Made by a program: the position numbers and the translations under genes
From: an uncultured bacterium
GTDB taxonomy: Bacteria; Krumholzibacteriota; Krumholzibacteriia; Krumholzibacteriales; Krumholzibacteriaceae
Assembly: GCA_965371515.1 (NCBI GenBank)
Contig: CBDUYR010000030.1
Coordinates: 1 to 31,333 of the forward strand
Length of the DNA: 31,333 nt
Direction: 5' to 3'
Notes under the pieces: generated by a model
Seen by the model: only the letters and a program-made list of their open reading frames with translations
The model's database searches: none
What the model was told of the DNA's origin: nothing
Shown here: positions 8,920-18,881 of the stretch, piece by piece
How the letters are laid out: each line of letters opens with the position of its first letter
How positions within the stretch are numbered: the first letter of the stretch is position 1

Positions 8920-9453
8920 ATGAACCTGATCAGGGAACTGGGAGCATTCACCTTCGCAAGCAGGCTGATGCGTCTCTCCGAGCGGCTCAAGTCCGAGGTG
9001 TCGACAGTCTATCATTCGTGCGGTTTGGATTTCGACGACCACTGGTTCCTCGTCGGATACATGCTCTCGGAACGACCGAGCATGAGCGTGGTCGACATGG
9101 CCTCGCAGCTCGGCGTCTCACAGCCGAGACTGACCAGGATGATCGAGGAGATGGTCACTCACGATCTGGTGAGGCTTGAGATGGATCCCTGGGATCCAGG
9201 GCAGAAACTCGTCTCCCTCACCGATGACGGTGAGGATACGGTTGCCGAGTTGAGGAAGGTCTGGGAAGCGGTCGGAGACGCGACGGCCGAACTGATATCC
9301 GAGGCTCATCCGGAGATCCTCGAGGCGCTGACCAGGATAGAGGACAGCCTCGAGAACCGGTCGCTCTTCAGCCGCGTATCGTCGCGGATCAACACCGGCG
9401 AGGACAGTTCCGGGAGCGGGAATCCGGTCGGCGGATCGGACGGCGAAGGGTAG
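8920..9453 (+). CDS. MarR family transcriptional regulator
   Basis: wHTH signature SVVDMASQLGVSQPRLTRMIEEM…LVRLEMDPWD…VSLTDDG; RBS GGAGGGG. Confidence 0.85.
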   Translation: MNLIRELGAFTFASRLMRLSERLKSEVSTVYHSCGLDFDDHWFLVGYMLSERPSMSVVDMASQLGVSQPRLTRMIEEMVTHDLVRLEMDPWDPGQKLVSLTDDGEDTVAELRKVWEAVGDATAELISEAHPEILEALTRIEDSLENRSLFSRVSSRINTGEDSSGSGNPVGGSDGEG

Positions 9454-9592
9454 GGTTTCGAGAGACCCGCGTGTTCGGTGGATTTTTCGGCGACATTTAA
9501 CTTCAGATCATATACCCGGTTACAAATTAGTGCTTGCAAGGGGTCGTCCGCAGGCATATTGTCCCACCAGTTTGTGTCGAAATGGGAGGTCG

Positions 9593-10663
9593 ATGGGCCG
9601 GATCAGACTAGTTCTCGAGGATGGAACCCAGTTCAGCGGTGAATCGTTCGGTGCTTCGAAAGCCGTCAGCGGGGAAGTAGTTTTCAATACCGGGATGGTC
9701 GGCTACCCCGAAAGCCTCACGGATCCCTCATATCGCGGACAGATCCTCGTAATGACATATCCACTGGTCGGCAACTACGGCGTGCCGGGCGAACAATCCG
9801 CTGACGGCATGCGTACGTATTTCGAATCGGCGCGCATCCAGGCGAGCGGACTGGTCGTGGCCGAGCATTCGACGGAGTACTCGCACTGGAACGCGGTGAA
9901 GTCCCTCTCTGAATGGCTTTCGGAGAAGGGTATCCCCGGGATAAGCGGTATCGATACGAGAGCGCTGACGAGGATCCTGAGGGAACGTGGGACGGTGCCG
10001 GGGAAAATCGTCCCTGACGATGATTCAGGCTCAGCTGACATTCCCTTCGACGATCCCAATACGCGAAACCTCGTTGCCGAGGTGAGCGTTGGCGAGCCGG
10101 TCCTCTATCAGCGCGGGGAGCGCAGGGTCGTCCTCGTCGACTGCGGCACGAAGAACAATATCATCCGATCATTCCTCAAGAGAGATATCTCCGTTCTCAG
10201 GGTGCCCTGGGACCATCCTTTCGACGAGGAGGAGGCGGACGGGTTCGTCCTTTCCAACGGTCCCGGCGATCCCAAGATGTGCGTGGAGACTATTGCCCGC
10301 ACGAAGCAGCTCCTCGGGGGCGACAGGCCCGTGCTGGGGATCTGCCTCGGCTCACAGATCATGGCGCTGGCCGCCGGAGCCGACACCTACAAGCTCAGGT
10401 ACGGGCACAGGAGCCAGAACCAGCCGTGCGTCGAGTCGGGCACGAAGCGGTGCCGCATCACATCCCAGAATCATGGTTACGCTGTTGACACGAGCACCAT
10501 CCCGCAGGACTGGCGCGAATGGTTTATAAACAGTAACGACGGGACGAACGAGGGGCTGGTGCACATATCCAAGCCCTTTTTCGGCGTACAGTTTCACCCC
10601 GAGGCGGCTCCGGGACCGGACGATACTGACTTCATCTTCGACATGTTCGTGAGGGCGCTATGA
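9593..10663 (+). CDS. carA: Carbamoyl-phosphate synthase small subunit
   Basis: GEVVFNTGMVGYPESLTDPSY, LSNGPGDP, GICLG (catalytic Cys), SQNHGY and QFHPEA motifs; ATG at 9593 follows GGGAGG. Confidence 0.97.
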   Translation: MGRIRLVLEDGTQFSGESFGASKAVSGEVVFNTGMVGYPESLTDPSYRGQILVMTYPLVGNYGVPGEQSADGMRTYFESARIQASGLVVAEHSTEYSHWNAVKSLSEWLSEKGIPGISGIDTRALTRILRERGTVPGKIVPDDDSGSADIPFDDPNTRNLVAEVSVGEPVLYQRGERRVVLVDCGTKNNIIRSFLKRDISVLRVPWDHPFDEEEADGFVLSNGPGDPKMCVETIARTKQLLGGDRPVLGICLGSQIMALAAGADTYKLRYGHRSQNQPCVESGTKRCRITSQNHGYAVDTSTIPQDWREWFINSNDGTNEGLVHISKPFFGVQFHPEAAPGPDDTDFIFDMFVRAL

Positions 10664-13600
10664 ATGCGGCACGGGAGAAACCGGTGAAGACGGTCCTGAT
10701 ACTCGGCTCGGGAGCGATAAAGATCGGACAGGCGGGCGAATTTGACTACTCGGGCAGCCAGGCGATCAAGGCGCTGAAAGAGGAGGGCGTCAGGACGATC
10801 CTGATCAATCCAAACATCGCCACTATCCAGACCTCGGAGCAGCTCGCCGACGAGGTCTATTTTCTCCCCATCACGGCGGAGTTCGCCGAGAGGGTGATCG
10901 AGAAGGAAAAGCCCGACGGCATCCTCCTCGGATTCGGCGGCCAGACGGCGCTCAACGTCGGCGTCGAGCTCGCCGGGAACGGGGCCCTCGAGCGCCACGG
11001 CGTGCGTGTGCTGGGAACGCCCGTCGAGGCGATACTCAATACGGAGGACAGGGAACTCTTTACAGGAAAACTCAACGAGATCGGCCTGAAGACGCCTTAC
11101 GGGAAGGCGGTCTCGAGTGTAAAGGAAGCTGTCGCGGCGGCCGGCGATATCGGCTACCCGGTGATGTGCCGTATCGCATACGCACTCGGCGGCCTCGGAT
11201 CGGGAATCGCCCGCGACGAGAAGGAACTGACCCTGCTTGTGACGAAGGCCCTCTCGCACACCGACCAGGTCCTCGTCGAGGAGTATCTCAAGGGATGGAA
11301 AGAGATCGAGTACGAGGTCGTGCGAGACGACAGCGACAACTGCATCGTCGTCTGCACTATGGAGAACATCGACCCGATGGGGATACACACCGGGGAGAGC
11401 ATCGTCGTCGCCCCGATGCAGACTCTCAGCGCCCGGGAGTATTTCAATCTTCGCTCTATAGCGATCAGGGTGATAAGACACCTCGGCATCGTCGGAGAGT
11501 GCAACATCCAGTATGCTCTCGACCCGGACTCGGAGGATTATCGCATCATAGAGGTCAACGCGAGGCTCAGCCGAAGCTCGGCGCTTGCGTCGAAGGCCAC
11601 CGGATATCCCCTTGCCGCGATCGCCGCGAAGCTCGCACTGGGGCGCAGCCTGATAGAGCTCGAGAACGCCGTGACGAAGAGCACGTCGGCCTGCTTCGAG
11701 CCCGCGCTCGACTATATCGTGCTGAAGTACCCCCGCTGGGATCTCCAGAAATTCAAGAACGTCAGCGAGTCGCTCGGCTCCGAGATGAAGTCGGTCGGCG
11801 AGGTGATGGCGATGGGGAGGAGCTTCGAGGAGGTCCTGCAGAAGGCGATCCGGATGCTCGATGTGGGAGCGCAGGGCCTGAACGGATTCGGGGACTATTT
11901 CGACGATATCGACGGTGAACTCGAGAAGCCGACCGACAAGAGACTCTTCGCAATCGCCGAGGCGATGCGGCGGGACCGCTCCGTAGACGAGATCGCTACG
12001 CTGACCTTCGTGGACCGGTGGTTCCTTCACAAGATCCGCAGTATCGTGGATGTGGAGCGCGAGCTTTCCGGCGTTGCCATCGATGATATTCCGGAGGAAC
12101 TGCTCCGCCGGGCGAAGAGGAAGGGCTTTGCCGACCTCCAGATCGCCGGGCTGGCCGGATGCGCCGAGGCAGAGGTGCGTGAAAAGAGAAAGAGCCTCTC
12201 GATCGTACCGGTCATAAAGCAGATAGACACGCTCGCCGCCGAGTATCCGGCGCAGACGAATTATCTCTACCTCACATATAACGGCACATCGGATGACATC
12301 GATCTCAAATCGAAGGACAGTGTGGCGGTCATCGGCGGAGGGCCGTACAGGATCGGGTCGTCTGTCGAGTTCGACTGGTGCTGCGTCAATTCGATCCTGA
12401 CCCTGGCCGATCTCGGTTACAGCACGGTAATGATCAACTGCAATCCCGAGACGGTCAGCACCGATTACGACATATGCGACAGGCTCTACTTCGAGGAGCT
12501 GACATTCGAGCGCGTCCTCGACATCTGCGAAAAGGAATCGCCGGCCGGCGTGATTGTATCGATGGGGGGACAGATCCCCAACAATATGGCGTCGGCCCTG
12601 TCCGATGCGGGAGTGGTCGTCCGCGGCACCTCGCCTGTGGATATCAACCGGGCGGAGAACAGGCATATCTTCTCGCGGCTCCTCGACGAGCTCGGCATCG
12701 TCCAGCCGCCGTGGAAGGAGCTCACCGGCCTCGATGAAGTGGAGGAGTTCGCCGACAGGATCGGGTACCCGGTGCTTATTAGACCGAGCTTTGTGCTGAG
12801 CGGCGCCGCGATGAGTGTCGCGCTCAACAGGGACGAGCTCGAGGAGTATCTCGAGAAGGCTTCGGATGTCAACAGGGACCACCCCGTGGTCATCACGAAA
12901 TTCGTGACGGGGGCGAAAGAGATCGATATAGACGCCGTCGGCATGGATGGCGAACTTTACTGCTACGCCATATCGGAGCATGTCGAGAATGCCGGCGTAC
13001 ACTCGGGCGACGCGACCCTCGTGCTGCCGCCGCAGAGGACGTACCTCGAGACGATGAGAAAGGTCAAGACGATCGCCCGCAAGATCGCCCGCGCCCTTAA
13101 CATCACCGGCCCGTTCAACATACAGTTCCTCGCCGTAAACAACGACGTGAGCGTCATCGAGTGCAATCTGCGTGCATCAAGATCATTCCCCTTCGTCTCG
13201 AAGGTGTTCAGGATGAATTTCATCGATCTCGCGACGAGGATCATAATGGGCGAGCGCCTGCCCCGAATCGACAGGTCGGCGTTCGATCTCGACTACGTCG
13301 GTGTCAAGGCTCCGCAGTTTTCATTCACAAGGCTGAAGGGTTCCGATCCCGTCCTCGACGTTGAGATGACCTCGACCGGAGAGGTCGCCTGCCTCGGCGA
13401 CGATTTCAACGAGGCCTTCCTGAAGAGCCTCCTGTCGGTGGGATTCAGGATACCCGAGAGGTCGGTACTGCTGTCGACCGGACCGATCGACAGCAAAGCG
13501 TATCTGCTCGGAAGCGCCAGGGTGTTCGCCGATGCCGGCCTGAAGCTCTACGCGACCCGCGGTACGGCGGAGTTTCTCGGCAGGAACGGGATCGAGGCGG

Positions 13601-13860
13601 AGATCCTCCGCTGGCCGCTGTCGAAGAAGAGACCAGGCGCGATCGAATATATCGCCGCCGGTAAGATAGACCTCGTCATCAACATCCCGAAGAACACCGA
13701 GCGCGAGGAGCTCGATAACGACTACCTCATCAGGCGCGCGGCGGTCGATTTCGACGTGCCGCTCATCACCAACCTCCAGCTGGCGAAACGGTTCACAGAG
13801 GCTCTGAGCAGCGGGGCCATGTCGGGACTGAAAGTGAAGAGCTGGAAAGAGTACGTCTGA
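10660..13860 (+). CDS. carB: Carbamoyl-phosphate synthase large subunit
   Basis: IGQAGEFDYSG, GIHTGES, IEVNARLSRSS, RIGSSVEFDW, NCNPETVSTDYD and GVHSGD motifs; C-terminal MGS domain; ATGA overlap with carA. Confidence 0.98.
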   Translation: MNAAREKPVKTVLILGSGAIKIGQAGEFDYSGSQAIKALKEEGVRTILINPNIATIQTSEQLADEVYFLPITAEFAERVIEKEKPDGILLGFGGQTALNVGVELAGNGALERHGVRVLGTPVEAILNTEDRELFTGKLNEIGLKTPYGKAVSSVKEAVAAAGDIGYPVMCRIAYALGGLGSGIARDEKELTLLVTKALSHTDQVLVEEYLKGWKEIEYEVVRDDSDNCIVVCTMENIDPMGIHTGESIVVAPMQTLSAREYFNLRSIAIRVIRHLGIVGECNIQYALDPDSEDYRIIEVNARLSRSSALASKATGYPLAAIAAKLALGRSLIELENAVTKSTSACFEPALDYIVLKYPRWDLQKFKNVSESLGSEMKSVGEVMAMGRSFEEVLQKAIRMLDVGAQGLNGFGDYFDDIDGELEKPTDKRLFAIAEAMRRDRSVDEIATLTFVDRWFLHKIRSIVDVERELSGVAIDDIPEELLRRAKRKGFADLQIAGLAGCAEAEVREKRKSLSIVPVIKQIDTLAAEYPAQTNYLYLTYNGTSDDIDLKSKDSVAVIGGGPYRIGSSVEFDWCCVNSILTLADLGYSTVMINCNPETVSTDYDICDRLYFEELTFERVLDICEKESPAGVIVSMGGQIPNNMASALSDAGVVVRGTSPVDINRAENRHIFSRLLDELGIVQPPWKELTGLDEVEEFADRIGYPVLIRPSFVLSGAAMSVALNRDELEEYLEKASDVNRDHPVVITKFVTGAKEIDIDAVGMDGELYCYAISEHVENAGVHSGDATLVLPPQRTYLETMRKVKTIARKIARALNITGPFNIQFLAVNNDVSVIECNLRASRSFPFVSKVFRMNFIDLATRIIMGERLPRIDRSAFDLDYVGVKAPQFSFTRLKGSDPVLDVEMTSTGEVACLGDDFNEAFLKSLLSVGFRIPERSVLLSTGPIDSKAYLLGSARVFADAGLKLYATRGTAEFLGRNGIEAEILRWPLSKKRPGAIEYIAAGKIDLVINIPKNTEREELDNDYLIRRAAVDFDVPLITNLQLAKRFTEALSSGAMSGLKVKSWKEYV

Positions 13861-13969
13861 CTGCCATCCTGCGTTTTCCCGTATGTATTTCCATCTAATT
13901 GAATATACAAGCGCCCTGTCCTGTATGTAGAATGAGCGCGTATTTCATTCAAACGCAAAGGAGTCTGGC

Positions 13970-14845
13970 ATGCTGTATTTCTTAATCGGAGCGGCGGTCG
14001 TGTTCTTCTTCCTGATCGGGATCAGGATCGTCAGGCCCACCCACAGGGCGCTCGTCGAGAGACTTGGAAAGTACAACCGTTTTGCACAGCCCGGGTTCCA
14101 CTGGGTATTCCCGGTGGTCGAACGGATGATCAGGATCAACGTCACTGAGCAGATGGTCGACGCCGAGCCCCAGGAGATCATCACAAACGACAACCTCAAC
14201 GCGCGCGTCGACGCCCAGGTCTACTTCAAGGTCAAGTCGGACGAGGAGAGCGTGAAGAACTCGCAGTACAACGTCAACGACTACCAGTACCAGATCGTCA
14301 ACCTCGCCCGCACGACGCTGCGTAACATAATCGGAACGTTGACGCTGAAGTCGGCCAACAGTGAACGCGACAAGATCAACGGCGAACTGCTCATGACCCT
14401 GGCCAAGGAGACGCTCAACTGGGGTATGGCGATCGTCCGCACCGAGCTCAAGGAGATCGATCCGCCCCAGGATGTACAGGAGACGATGAACAAGGTAGTC
14501 AAGGCGGAGAACGAGAAGATCGCAGCGCTCGACTATGCCAATGCCAAGGAGCGCGAGGCGGACGGCATGAAGCGCGCCGAGATCAAGAAAGCCGAGGGTA
14601 TAAGGCAGGGCCATATCCTGAAGGCCGAAGGAGAGGCCGAGGCGATAAGGCTCGTAAACGAGGCGGCGAACAAGTACTTCATCGGAAACGCCCAGATCCT
14701 CAAGAAGCTCGAGACCGTGGAGAATTCCCTCAGAAATAACGCAAAGGTGATCGTTCCCGCGGACACCGAACTGGTCAACGTCATCGGCGAGCTCGGCGGC
14801 GTGGTGCCCATCGGCAGCAGGGGCGGAACGAAAGCGGAGGGTTGA
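13970..14845 (+). CDS. SPFH/Band 7 (stomatin/QmcA-like) membrane protein
   Basis: N-terminal TM helix; VERLGKY…PGFHW, QEIITNDN and TTLRNIIG motifs; coiled coil with AEG repeats; RBS AAGGAG. Confidence 0.92.
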   Translation: MLYFLIGAAVVFFFLIGIRIVRPTHRALVERLGKYNRFAQPGFHWVFPVVERMIRINVTEQMVDAEPQEIITNDNLNARVDAQVYFKVKSDEESVKNSQYNVNDYQYQIVNLARTTLRNIIGTLTLKSANSERDKINGELLMTLAKETLNWGMAIVRTELKEIDPPQDVQETMNKVVKAENEKIAALDYANAKEREADGMKRAEIKKAEGIRQGHILKAEGEAEAIRLVNEAANKYFIGNAQILKKLETVENSLRNNAKVIVPADTELVNVIGELGGVVPIGSRGGTKAEG

Positions 14846-14876
14846 TAACGGTATTCCGCCGATAGCAGGTTTCTTC

Positions 14877-14912
14877 GAATCAGGGGGGTGGTTTTCGCCC
14901 CCTGATTCTTTT
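14877..14912 (+). terminator. Intrinsic terminator after the SPFH gene
   Basis: Stem GAATCAGGGGG…CCCCCTGATTC followed by TTTT. Confidence 0.75.
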
Positions 14913-14995
14913 ATCTCCCCGAAAGTTTATCCTAATTACGTTGCAATCCATTCAGATTGTGCTAAAAATATTATACGTTCAGAAAGGATTGAAAC

Positions 14996-15496
14996 ATGAA
15001 GACAGATGAACACGACCATTTCATCGAGACGTGGGGCACGATGGGGGTGCTGTGGGGGATCAACAGGTCGATAGCGAGGATCCACGCCTATATCATGCTG
15101 TGCGAGGAACCGGTCGATCTCGAGACTGTATCCGAGGACCTCAACATCAGCCGGGGCAACGCGAGCATGTCGCTGAAGGAGCTGAGAAACTGGGGAGTGA
15201 TCCACCGTGTGCATATCTCGGGCGACAGGCGGGATTTCTACATCGCCGAGCCGGATATCTGGAAGATGCTCTTCAGTATAGCGAGGGTGCGAAAGGAACG
15301 AGAGTTCGATCCGGCACTTGCGGCGCTGAGGGGCCTGCTCGCCAACGCAGGGCTGGCAAAGGGGAGCGGCGTCTATACGCGGATGAACGATCTCGAGAAG
15401 TCCTGCAGCAAGTTCGACCGGATCATGATGAAGGCGTTGGGAAACGAACAAAGGAGCAGGATGATGCTCGACCTGCTGGCTGCGTTCAAGGTCTGA
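14996..15496 (+). CDS. GbsR/MarR family transcriptional regulator
   Basis: FIETWGTMGVLWGINRSIARIHA…LNISRGNASMSLKELRNWG…GDRRDFY. Confidence 0.88.
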   Translation: MKTDEHDHFIETWGTMGVLWGINRSIARIHAYIMLCEEPVDLETVSEDLNISRGNASMSLKELRNWGVIHRVHISGDRRDFYIAEPDIWKMLFSIARVRKEREFDPALAALRGLLANAGLAKGSGVYTRMNDLEKSCSKFDRIMMKALGNEQRSRMMLDLLAAFKV

Positions 15497-15594
15497 GAAT
15501 CACCTGATTAAAACGAGACTTCGATGGCGAGCCCGGTGCCGCAGAGACACAGAATGAGAGCGGTCACGACCGGAATATGCAGTTTGCATGACAT

Positions 15595-16134
15595 TTACAT
15601 CAGCCTGAAGGTGTAGGCGATCTCCCTGAACTGGTCGTGGAAAAAGTTGAACTGGACGCCCCTGGTGACACCGCGGAAGATGTAGATGTTCGATCCCTTT
15701 TCCTGGAAATACTCGAGCCTTGCCTCGATGCGTGGCTCGGTATCGATCGCGTAGAGGATGTATTTCGTCTTTTGCCCGCCGACTTTTATCTCCCCGCTGT
15801 CTTCGTACTGGTAGTACGGCTTTCCCTCGGGGAGCTTCTTTATATAGCCGTCGAAGAACTTTCCGAGATCCGGCCCGCTCTTCATCTGGACGATGAGTAC
15901 CTCGAATGCGGTACCTGTGATCTCCGGATCGGCGCCTTCTTCCAGAGGCGCCTGTGCGACGACGGCCCTGCCGTCGCCGGGATCGTCATCTACGGTCCAG
16001 TCCGTGGGGAATGTGATGTGAAAGCCGTTGACCTTGTCGCAGTAGACTCCCGGTTCGTCGGGGCATCCGGAGCAGGACAGCAGAGCCCCTGATGCGGCCA
16101 GAAAACCGACAAGAACGATTCGAGACCATTTCAT
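15595..16134 (-). CDS. Probable lipoprotein, PsbP/DcrB-like fold
   Basis: ATG at 16134 follows GAGGAGG; lipobox-like LLSC; GFHITFPTDW motif; C-terminal FREIAYTFRL. Confidence 0.6.
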   Translation of the reverse strand: MKWSRIVLVGFLAASGALLSCSGCPDEPGVYCDKVNGFHITFPTDWTVDDDPGDGRAVVAQAPLEEGADPEITGTAFEVLIVQMKSGPDLGKFFDGYIKKLPEGKPYYQYEDSGEIKVGGQKTKYILYAIDTEPRIEARLEYFQEKGSNIYIFRGVTRGVQFNFFHDQFREIAYTFRLM

Positions 16135-16228
16135 CGTATGGACCTCCTCTACAGCTGATCTCAACCTGGATATTCTCTCTGTATCCCGTGGGTGCCGTTC
16201 CTGTCAATATGAAGTGTCGAATAGCCAT

Positions 16229-16261
16229 AAAAAAAGCGGGGCGACGCCGGAGCCGCCCCGC
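16229..16261 (-). terminator. Intrinsic terminator of the FadL/DUF302-like operon
   Basis: Stem GCGGGGCG…CGCCCCGC with an A7 run at 16229-16235, giving a U-tract on the minus strand. Confidence 0.8.
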
Positions 16262-16287
16262 TTCAAATTGTCTGATTCAGGATCCGT

Positions 16288-17307
16288 CTAGTTTTCGAAT
16301 CCCTTCTTGATATGCTTCGTGATCTCCTTATCGATCGAGCCGGGCATCTTCATGTTCTTCATGAAGGCTGTCGTACCGGCGTCCTCGAAGTATACCTTCA
16401 TGCGGTACATCGCGTCGACTATCGCTACCCTGATCTCACCATTTTCAGCCGTGTAGACGACGATTTCGAGGGGATAGGCGCCGGCGTGCGAGAGGCCTGG
16501 GCACGCGAGTTCCTTGCGCTGCTCGTTCTGGCCGCCCTTTACGATCTGGTAGGACTTCGTGTCCATCGGCGAACCGGAGACGCCCACGATGTAGACGTTG
16601 TGAGCGGGTATATGTACCTGGTAGACGAGCTTCAGTCCCCACGTCTTGGTCTTCTCCTTGAAACCGAGGCTTATCGCCATGCCTGCCGCAGTGACTGAGC
16701 CCTTCTTTATCTTGAACTTCTGTTTGATGAGTTTCTTGAAGTCGCCGCCCGCGACGACGCCCATCGTCTTGCCGATCTTTCCTTTGGTGCGGAACTCACC
16801 GTACTGCGCGCTGCTGTTTGTGCCCTTAACGGCGGACTGGATCATGGCGCTGAGATCCTGAAGGTGCTTGTCGGAGATCTCCTGGTAATCAGTATCGTTC
16901 ATCAGGACCGTGCGGGTGATCGAATTGGGATTGACGACCGATACGTGGGTCCCTCCCTCGTCCTGGAAGATGTTGACGCGGTCGAGCGCGGCGTAGGGGC
17001 CGGTCTCGACGTTGGCGCCCACGATCACGTCTGCATACTGTGCATGGTAAAGCACGATGACGCGTGACTTGAAATCGCAGTGGTTCGGGTCGCCCGAATC
17101 GGTAGTGCCGGCTACTGCCCAGCCTGAATTTATCGCTGCTTCACCGATTGCTGCCGAGATCTCATCGATCGTGCCCTCGGCCTGTCGCACGACGTACTGG
17201 AATACACCGTAGGTCTCACCATCGATCGCTTTTCCCGGGTGGGGGATCGCGAGAACAGCGAGCATCAGGACGGCGGCCATGATCAGATTTGATTTACGTG
17301 TGTTCAT
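16288..17307 (-). CDS. Exported hypothetical protein, probably two DUF302-like domains
   Basis: Signal peptide; two similar halves (…VNIFQDEGGTHVSVVNP and …YPLEIVVYTAENGEIRVAIVD); RBS AAGGAG. Confidence 0.55.
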   Translation of the reverse strand: MNTRKSNLIMAAVLMLAVLAIPHPGKAIDGETYGVFQYVVRQAEGTIDEISAAIGEAAINSGWAVAGTTDSGDPNHCDFKSRVIVLYHAQYADVIVGANVETGPYAALDRVNIFQDEGGTHVSVVNPNSITRTVLMNDTDYQEISDKHLQDLSAMIQSAVKGTNSSAQYGEFRTKGKIGKTMGVVAGGDFKKLIKQKFKIKKGSVTAAGMAISLGFKEKTKTWGLKLVYQVHIPAHNVYIVGVSGSPMDTKSYQIVKGGQNEQRKELACPGLSHAGAYPLEIVVYTAENGEIRVAIVDAMYRMKVYFEDAGTTAFMKNMKMPGSIDKEITKHIKKGFEN

Positions 17308-17329
17308 CGATCTTCTCCTTTTTAAACGG

Positions 17330-18616
17330 CTAGAAAGAAAAACCTATTCCGAATTCCCACTGGTCCATCTCGAGTTCTATCGTCTGCTGGCCCGGCATAT
17401 CGAGCGGGTTGGGCCCGCTGACCGAGTTACTGAAGGCGCGGGTCACGACGAACGAGAGTTCCTTGTCGAATCCGACATCCTTACTGACGCCGAACGACAG
17501 GTGCTGCTCGACGACTCCGGGCGCGAGGATGTTGAAGAGGACCTCACTCTCTGGTATCGGCTGTCCACCGTAAGAGTATCCGCCCCTGAACATCCAGCCG
17601 CCGTTGGTCATGTACCAGGCGCCGGTCTTGAATATCATCATGTCTTCCCATCCGAATCCGGCGCCGGTGTCATTGCCGAGCTGCGATTCCTGGAGATTGG
17701 GGAGAAGGGGATTGGCTATAGACTTCACGCTGCTGTACATGATCTGCTGAACGTCGAATGCCAGGCCCATGCCGGGAAAGCCGAACGCGACGCCGGCGGT
17801 CCAGTTCGCCGGGATGTCGAATCCGCCCTGCTCGGCGTAGAGGCCGGCGTAGTCCTTGAATTTGTCCATGTATGTCTTTGACTGGTAGGAGGCGCCGAAG
17901 GAGAGATATCCGAGCCATTCGCCGAGATAACCGACCTTTACGCCGTAACCGACCGCACTGCTGTTGCCGTTGTTGGTGAGTTTCTCCGGATCTGACGAAA
18001 AGCCCATCTCACCGAATGCCTGCAACCCCTTTGCCTCGAAACCCTGCCAGGCGAATATCGGCGTGATGCCTAATCCATGGCTGTCGGCGATCAGCACAGA
18101 GAATGTAGGGGCGACGAAGAGCTGCATGAGGTTGACGCCGGTCGGTGTGGTCTCGCCGAACATCCCCGCCGGATCGAAGGTCGCGGTCGGGTAATCGGTG
18201 TTCATCCCGCCGTTACCGTAGACCGCCAGGCCGAGGGCCATCGTCTCTTCGTCGTTGAGCAGCCAGTTCGCCGAGATAGTCGGGACGTAAAAGACCGGTG
18301 AGTCGCTCTCGTATGTCCCGGGAGCGAGGCCGAAGGTCCCGGAGACCATCGACGGGTCCCCCGTTACCGTGTACCTGCGGCTCGGATTGAATATGGAGAG
18401 TGACAGGTCATACTGCTTTCCGACGAATGCCATGGCGCCGGGGTTGGTTGCGGCAGCCATCGGGCCGAGGTAGAGAGCCGCGCCGGCACCAGCCAGCGCT
18501 TTGTACTTCACTCCGTACCCGTGCGAGAAATAGCCGTTCGTGGCGGCTGCCGGAGTCGCGGTTGCGGCCAGCAGAAAGAACAGCACGGTCGCCCTGGTAA
18601 TGGAATCGAGCTTCAC
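17330..18616 (-). CDS. FadL/TodX (OMPP1) family outer-membrane transporter
   Basis: ATNGYFSHGYG…ALAGAG…NPGAM, GNGGMNTDY and FNILAPGVVEQH motifs; terminal Phe; GTG at 18616 follows GGGGGA. Confidence 0.88.
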   Translation of the reverse strand: MKLDSITRATVLFFLLAATATPAAATNGYFSHGYGVKYKALAGAGAALYLGPMAAATNPGAMAFVGKQYDLSLSIFNPSRRYTVTGDPSMVSGTFGLAPGTYESDSPVFYVPTISANWLLNDEETMALGLAVYGNGGMNTDYPTATFDPAGMFGETTPTGVNLMQLFVAPTFSVLIADSHGLGITPIFAWQGFEAKGLQAFGEMGFSSDPEKLTNNGNSSAVGYGVKVGYLGEWLGYLSFGASYQSKTYMDKFKDYAGLYAEQGGFDIPANWTAGVAFGFPGMGLAFDVQQIMYSSVKSIANPLLPNLQESQLGNDTGAGFGWEDMMIFKTGAWYMTNGGWMFRGGYSYGGQPIPESEVLFNILAPGVVEQHLSFGVSKDVGFDKELSFVVTRAFSNSVSGPNPLDMPGQQTIELEMDQWEFGIGFSF

Positions 18617-18659
18617 GAGGATTCCCCCCTGAAAAGGTGAAAGATTCTGATCAAATAGA

Positions 18660-18684
18660 TATTCTGACAATATATGTCGGAATA
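18660..18684. promoter_or_regulatory. Palindromic operator candidate upstream of the fadL-like gene
   Basis: TATTCTGACA-ATATA-TGTCGGAATA: 10-bp arms with one mismatch, in a divergent intergenic region. Confidence 0.5.
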
Positions 18685-18881
18685 ATAGTACCGGAATGAT
18701 TATAAATCAACTCAATTGTGGCTGGCATATCCTGGCAATTCCCTGCATATTTATACAAGGTAAGCAGAGTTTATTTTCGACAACTGAATCCCCACCTGAC
18801 CCACCGGGTTCTCTTTTCCGGTACGCCTGCGTGTATGCCGGCAGCCGGATACACAACTTCTTCTATGGGGGGGTAACGGCC

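Noticed and set aside
10594..13002. 802-aa antisense ORF and other long shadow ORFs (e.g. 23539-24624, 4818-5642)
   Set aside because: They lie opposite well-supported genes, lack motifs and are expected from GC-rich codon bias.
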